Origin: Vicugna vicugna
Lineage: Eukaryota
Length of the DNA stretch: 64,000 nt
Reading direction: 5' to 3'
Assembly (NCBI GenBank): GCA_013265495.1
Contig: MU057801.1
Coordinates: 1,977,879 to 2,041,878 of the forward strand
Positions 57,281-64,000 of this stretch are shown piece after piece. The notes under the pieces were generated by a model. That model saw only the letters and a list, made by a program, of their open reading frames with translations. It made no database searches and was not told the DNA's origin. The position numbers and the translations under genes are program-made. Every line of letters begins with the position of its first letter. Positions within the stretch are counted from its first letter, which is position 1.

Positions 57281-60200
57281 GTGTCCACATCGTTCCTCTC
57301 TTTCAGAGATCTCCCCTCTACGTTGGCCCTGCCCCCCACCCCAGTCCAGCATCGGGACCTGCCTGCACACGGGACTAAATGGCATCGTGGACGGAGAGTG
57401 GGACTTCAATCTCCACTGTGCTGGGCGCTGCCTCCACTGCGGGTTTAGACGGAGCTCAGTCTAACATTTCACAGCAGGCCAGCGCGAAGGAAACCAGCCT
57501 CTACACTGAGGGTCCGGGAGGAGTCCAGCTGCTTTTCCATCTGATGTCATTTGTGAAATGAAGACGTCCTTCTCGCGAGATTAGACCACATCAGCTCTTT
57601 CCATTGTCCCGACGTCGGAGGTGAGGACCCGGGATTGCCAAGCACGAAAGTGCTTTTCGAAGGTCACTGAGCTCCTGACAAGAGGCATCAAACGGGGCTG
57701 ATGTTTGGCTCAGGGCCTGGACTCCCGCCCCCTGGAATGGGAAACACTGTCTCACGAGCAAGAGTACTGCTGCCTTTTGTTTAAATGAGCCCTAACTCTG
57801 GAACCTGGACCAGCAGCACCGAAGCTCACGGGCCCACCTGGAGGCCCTGAACTCCTATTTGGACAAGCTGCATACTTTGTGCACTTATGCTCTTGAAAAT
57901 TCTTTCAGAAGTGTCAAGGTGGCTGGAGCCAGAGCAAACAAGGGTGGCATTCTTTCAATTCTTCTTCTGCTAAGTCATTTTCTCCTTAACGTCCAGCTGT
58001 GGGGGCTGCCGTCTTCCATAACAGACTGGCAGCCAGCTCAGGGGTCCGTCCTGGAGGGAGCTCAGAAAGGAGGTGAGGCTTTTAAGTCTGTTTGTCCAGA
58101 GGCCCCTTTGCCTTTTCTCATCGCCAAGGCTCCAGGTCAGGCTCACACCTACGGCTGGGAACTGAGAGCCCCACGGGGGCAGTGTAGCCGTGCGGCCCCT
58201 TCTGAGGACGGTGAACAAGAGCGTGCCTCACCATGGGCTGCCGTCCGCTGGCCCCCGGGGCAGCGGCTACAGGATGCGGACGGCCTCTCCAACTGTATCT
58301 CACCAACGACCATCATTTGTGTCCCTCTCCACACCCAGCATGTTGCCAGACTTGCAGCTGGCTTGCTAAATAAGAAATGCCTCTTTGGGGTTTAGGTGTG
58401 GAGTCTGGTTTTGGCAAAATTCTTCCAGTGAGAGTGTCTGCGCACCACGTGGATGACGCCGGTGACCTGAATGTTCCGTATGAGACTGAATCCTATACGT
58501 TTGCCCTTATTTGATTGGTTTTGGTCTACAGAAGTCGACACTGAGCACAGTTTAACTTTAAAGAATTGTTTGCTCCCATGACCCAAGGAAAGAGAAGAAG
58601 AAAAGAAAGAAATGCAGTCATAGCCGACTTCTGGGAAGTCGTGCTGTCTCCAGCCCACAAATCCCGTTTCTGCGCGTTGACGGTCACTCCTCGCCCTGCA
58701 CAGCAAAGTCAGGGAGCCGCCGGCTCTCCAAGTGCTGTCAACTCACAGTCAAGAAAGAAACAAACATAAAAGCAGGTTGAGAGGAAATCAGAGTGCAAAC
58801 AGGTCACCCTTTCGCAAACTCTGAACACGACGTGGAACTTGGGAAGCAGTGACATCAGTGTCTGAGGGAGAAGAGAGACTGTTTCATCAGGAAAACACGT
58901 TGCAGGGAGAAGCCACCTCCTCGCTCACATACCCAGAGGGCGAACTGAAGTCTGCGGTGTGCCCTGGGCTCCTCAAGCTCAAATGAGAACGTCACAAAGC
59001 TCCCTTTCCATCTTCCTGGAGGCCTGGACACACAAGCCAGCGTGGCCCCAGGCTGCGGAACCTGGCTGGCCTTCACGTCTCTGTCACCACGCGTGGCCAG
59101 GAGCCAGGCCGTGTGGGCAGCTGTCTAATACTGAGCCCCTGAGAGAGGGAGAGGGAGAGGTCTGGTCTCAGCCACGCCCGCCATCACTCCCCGGAGCTGG
59201 CGGTGCCGAGGAAACGTGCTTGTTTGAGCCAGCAGCTCCCTCCGTCTGTGTCGGTCCGATCGTGTGTCCGTCTGCAGCAGACCCCCGGTGGTCGGGAACA
59301 CGCAGAGGGTGAGGGAAAAGGTGTGTCACTGTGTGTTTTCTGCTTTTGAGCGCTGTGTTCTGTAGCGGGCGATTAGAAGTGATGGGGCCATCAAAATAAC
59401 GGTGTGAAAGAGTTCTTCACTCAAAGAACAAGATCTTTTTAGTTTAAGTAAATTAAATAAAAAGTATTTAAATAAAATGTATGGTACTATCATTTTTAAA
59501 TATTACTATTTTATTATAAAACAAACCTTTTAAATTTTAAAAATCGAAAAAGAAATCTTGAAAACAACAACACTGTAACAAAAGCATTCATCACAGCAAA
59601 CACGACAGGGACGCAGCAAACACATCTTTCTACTGTTGAATCCATCGTGGACATTTTGGTTTCGCGGAAAATGCCATCTATCGTGGGAACCTCATGCTGC
59701 TCACGTGACTGTTTTGGCGTCATAGTTTCGCCTGTGCTGAGCGCGTCCACCTGGCCGTCCCCCGTCTTCTTTACACGCAGGTGCACGTGACGCAGCGGCA
59801 GTCCTGCGGGTTTTTCCTTTCTGGAGGGCTGGTGCTTTGCTCAGTTTGGGGAGCACTGCTCTGGAATTACAGCCCAGAACCCACCCCTGGTGGCCCATTG
59901 AGTCCCAACACCGAGCAAACGCTGGATCGGGGCGGTCAGGACCCTGTGTCTGGGAGAGGACAAGGCGGGGCTGCTCCCCGGCAGAGCGGACGTGCGAGGC
60001 CGCGGGGCCGGCGGACCTCCTGGCCCCCAGGTCAAGCAGGAGCCCCCGCAGTCGGGTTCTGGAAGTGAGGCAGTGAGTTCCCGGGTCTCAGGTGTCCGCA
60101 GCTGGGCAGAGAGGTGCTGTCCCTGGGCGGCCACCTGCCATCTGTCCCGGGGTGGATGCTGAGGTCAGAGGCCGGCAACGCGCCTTGGCCTTGCTTCCCT

Positions 60201-61719
60201 GGGGCCCCTGACGTTCTCCCTTAGAAACCCGATTGAAAACCCAGCGCGTTTTGTCCTCGGCCACGCAGGAGCCCACACGGGAGGCACGGTCCTCGTTCAG
60301 TGGGCGGCGGGGCCAGGGAGGCAGGGAAGCAGAACTTGAGGACTCTCATGGTGAGTCAGAGCAAAGCCTCGGGTCCAGGTTCTGGAGAGTCGGGCGTGAG
60401 ATCAGGGGAGGCCGCTGCGGCCCGAGGGCCACACCCAGCCCTCCTCCTGCATCGTGGGAGGGTTTTGCCGGCACCCAGCCACGCCCACCTGTCTTCATTT
60501 TACTCGTGGCCACGTGGCTGCCGCCATGACAGAGGTGGGTGGCTGTGACAGAGACCCGTGGCCCAGGAAGCCCCAGACACTCAGTCTCTGGTCCTCTTCT
60601 GGGGAGGATCACAGGGGTCTGGTTACGGGAAGGAAACAGCCCCTTCCCTGGAGACCTGGGAGCCCGCCCGCGCAACCCCGTGCCCCGACTCCACTCTGGC
60701 CCCCGGGCCGTGGGCCGTCAAGTAGCCCCAGCCTTGGTGAACCAAGCTGCCGTCCCTCCTGTGCAGACGGAGTGAGAGCTGCTCAGCGACCCTTTCCAGG
60801 GAGGTCGTGGGGTGGCCGGCTCTGCGGGCTGAGGGCCTCCTGCACTGCCACTACCTGGGGGAGCCCCACGACAGGCACTCCCTCCCTCCCCGCTTTCCTT
60901 CCGTGCGGAAGGGTGAGGAGAATGCAGCTCCCCTCGGGTCTGTGTGAAGAGGAAGGGAGGCTGTGAGAGCACGGGGCTGAGAATCTTCCTGCCACATCCT
61001 AAGCTGCAGACAAGCAGGTGCCTGAGTGGGGGAGCCGGGAGCCGGGAGCCAGGCCGTCATTCCGGCCATCGGAGTGGGGAGGCGGCCATCCCGCAGTCAC
61101 ACCCTCAGGCTGTGCCGGGCCGGGTCGGGCACCGGGGCCCGCTGATAGTTTTGAGTGTTTGCTGGGCTCTGGGCCTGGGCCACAGGCCCCCGGGAGATGG
61201 ACCCTGTTCACCCCACTCTGCAGACCCGGGAGCAGAGGTGACACTGCGGGAGGTTCTGGAACCCACACGTCTGCTCGGGGCGAGGTCCCCCGCCCGCACC
61301 CGCCACTCAGGGTTTGGCTGAGGAGGAGAGGCGCCCTTTGGGGTCGGGGATAGAGGAGGCCTGGAGCTCCAGCTGGAGCATGCCTCTCCATCCGGCTTCG
61401 CTGGGATGAGCCCCAGGGCCTTCCTCCCGCCCTCCCCCCCATCCTGGGCCCGGCATTGCGATGGCTCTATCTAGTGGTCAAAGGTAGGAATTGCAACTGT
61501 CAGGTCAGAGGCGCTCGGGGCCAGAACCTCCCAGTGAGCCCCAGCTGGTCCCGCTGACCCTCTCAACGGCCAAGGGACAGGCAAGCTGGCCGGATGCTGG
61601 CCTGGGGATTGCTGGAAGGGGATGCGCCCGTGAATGCTCCGTGGAAGGTGGATGCTTGCAGCGGCCAGCTCCCCACCGCCCTCCAGGGCAGGTACACCAC
61701 CCCCACCCCAAGCCTCTGC

Positions 61720-61908
61720 ATCTCAGCTCAACCATAGGCAACTGTGACCCCAAGGGGACATGTGACAAGGCTGCAGATGTCTTTGGTTGTCAAGATTGGG
61801 AGGTGCTGCTGCATGCAGTGGGCAGAGGCAAGGGATGCTGGTAACACCCTGCAGTGCCCGGGACGGCCCCCACCAGCGAACCACCAGCATCAGCTGCTGA
61901 GAAGCCGG
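61720..61908. mobile_element. MER20 hAT-Charlie DNA transposon relic
   Basis: CCCCAAGGGGACATGTGACAA...TTTGGTTGTCAAGATTGGGAGGTGCTGCTGCATGCAGTGGGCAGAGGCAAGGGATGCTGGTAACACCCTGCAGTGC. Confidence 0.8.
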
Positions 61909-61959
61909 GCCGTCACGGGAGCAGCTCGGGGCAGCACGGAGGGCCGCGTGAGGCTCAGA

Positions 61960-62170
61960 GGCTCTGCTCGTGCTGTTCCCTCTGCCTGGGCCACGAGGAC
62001 TCAGGTTAGCTGAGTCTCAGACCTGGCCCCTCCAGGAGAGGGAGCCGAGGCATGCGTCCCTCTCGGGTGGGGGGCTGCTCCTGCGCACGTCCCCTGCCAC
62101 CCCGGGCTGCTGCCCCCAGCACACTGATGGGGCAGGACGGATGCAGGCGTCCACACACGCCTCCCTGAAT
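61960..62170 (+). mobile_element. L2 relic
   Basis: TGCTCGTGCTGTTCCCTCTGCCTGG L2 signature. Confidence 0.45.
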
Positions 62171-63329
62171 GGCATTCCCGCTGTGCTCGGCCCCCCGGTC
62201 CTGGGAAGCTGATGGCTGACTTCTCTTACCTGAAGCTCCGGGGACCAGGACTGGGGCCCTGGCTCAGCCCCGCCAGGAGGATTCCGGACGTGCGTGGTTC
62301 TGTGCGGGCAGGTCCAGCTCCTCGTTCTCCGGGCCACATGGTTAGGCTGCAGAAATCCAGAGGTTGGACAGCAGACCGCTGCGAAATTGCTGCATCACAT
62401 CCCCAGCCGGGCCGGGCTGAGTTTGCTTAGCAAGACAAGCGATAGTTTTGTTGAATTTCACATTTTCTACCAAGTAATAAATTAACCTTTCTGAAACCGC
62501 CACGGGGATCACGGTCGGAAAATGAAGCCGTATCCTGTCCGAACTGGCTGCAGCACACAGGCCACCGGGGGGATGGAGGGAGACGCCCGGAGGAAAGATC
62601 CATCGGTGGAGTGAAAGCATCCACACCCGGGGCCCCAGACCGTGACTCCAGCCGGGCCTGAGACGGGCCCCGGCCTCCCCGCGGGGCCGACGCCAGTGCC
62701 TGGAGTCGGGCTTGGGGGCCCGAGCCTGCCCTCCTGCTGCTGCCGCCGGGACCCCTTCCAGCTCTCAGCCACGAGGGCAACTGTGAGCACCGTCTCTATA
62801 CCAGAGGGTAAGAAAATGCTGTGGGGAGGCTGACAGCTGCTCGGCGTCCATGAGGCAGACACACTCCTGAGCACTGAGGGAGGCAGGCTGGAGCCGGGAG
62901 GCTGGGTGCAGAGGCGGGAGGTACTGACCCGGTGCGAGAACGTCGTTTGCTCAGATTTTTCTCATTCTGTGAAAAGTCTACAATCCAAAAAGCATCTATT
63001 AAGCACCTAACGTGGCTGAGTGTATGAATGGAGCAGGGATGACGCGGGTCCAAGGCGTCTGCCCTGCCCCCACCCGCCTCTCCTCTGCACTGGGCGGGGT
63101 CCGGGGGGCACTGACAGAGGGCTGGCTGGGCGGGGAGGAGAGAGGCCCGGGGCGGGGTGTCCCCCATCCTCATGCTTCCCGGGGCAGCTCCACCAGGGCC
63201 GTCTCCTGCTGGACTTCAGCTGCTGGGAGTGGAGGGCGTCCTCTCTGTGAGGTCCCTGCTGTGCCCGGCTCGGCCTGGGCAGAGGACAGGGCCCTGACAA
63301 CCCCCGGGTCGCCTGGCTCTCCAGTGGGG

Positions 63330-63930
63330 GCACCAGCTTCCTGGCGTTGCTACCACCTGGATTGTCACTGTTTCCTGGTCAGATCCTCAGCTCCCTGTCC
63401 TTTGTGTGAGAAATGCCCCACATTTAACCCTCTGCTGGAAGTGCCCAGCGTGGCTGCCGCTTCCCTGGGGCTCCTGCCTGCTCTGCCAGGTTTATTTCAC
63501 ATTTCCCCTCTCTCACCAGGCTTCTGACCCCCTGGCATCCTTTGTGTTCTGAGACGCCTGCTTCTGCCTCACCCCAGGGCCTTTGCACCGGCTTTCCCTC
63601 AGCAACATGTGCTCTGCTCACCCCCTTTTGCCCCCTACCGGCTGGTAGCTTCTTGTCCCTCAGATTGCAGCTAAAATGTTACCTTCACAGAGAACTTGAC
63701 TGACCACCTTTCTAAAGCAGCCCACCCACCCCACCCCCTTCTCAACTTACTCATTTTCTGTCTCATTGTTTATTTCTTTCAAATCGTGTGCCGCCATCTG
63801 TGATGACTGTGTTTACTGGTTTGCATGGTTGTTCATTAATGGTCATTCTTTAGCCGCCTCTCTGCTAGAGCAGGAAGCCCCAGGCCCGCACACTGCGTAA
63901 AAGCGGCAGAATGAACGAGTACATGAGTGT
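63330..63930 (+). mobile_element. L2 LINE 3' relic
   Basis: CCCCAGGGCCTTTGCAC...CTCAGATTGCAGCTAAAATGTTACCTTCACAGAGA...TGACCACCTTTCTAAAG, ending GAATGAACGAGT. Confidence 0.72.
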
Positions 63931-64000
63931 TTTAAATTGCTTGAACCCATGACAAAGTCAAAATTAAAGAAATTTCAAAAGCAAGGTACTTCTCATGTTT

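Noticed and set aside
1..64000. CRISPR array, operon-like or other novel multi-gene system
   Set aside because: No regularly spaced repeats, no gene-dense coding and no foreign-composition insert; the content is explained as a mammalian regulatory gene desert.

Overview
Mammalian genomic DNA, most likely camelid (alpaca or camel), judged from four copies of a tRNA-derived SINE resembling the camelid Vic-1 family and from the L1 3' ends. The left edge is the 5' end of FOXA2 (HNF3-beta) on the minus strand. Bases 183->1 match the FOXA2 5'UTR as I recall it from the human mRNA and end in CTGCCAT, so the start codon is cut by the window edge. An upstream non-coding first exon lies at about 1310->1092, with a forkhead + C/EBP promoter module at 1389-1410, all inside a CpG island of about 3.3 kb. 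The remaining 60 kb is the non-coding region upstream of FOXA2. It contains SINE, L1, L2, MIR, MER5A1, MER20, MaLR and ERVL relics, microsatellites, two assembly gaps and several AT-rich motif clusters that look like enhancers. I found no complete protein-coding gene; the ORF track is GC-rich noise apart from L1 ORF2 remnants. I cannot support a new biological system here. The best leads are a near-perfect palindromic T-box site in FOXA2 intron 1, a candidate first exon of a minus-strand enhancer lncRNA near 21.5-21.9 kb, and strong AT-to-GC drift in old repeats. Gene and repeat identities come from recalled sequences, not searches, and repeat boundaries are approximate.
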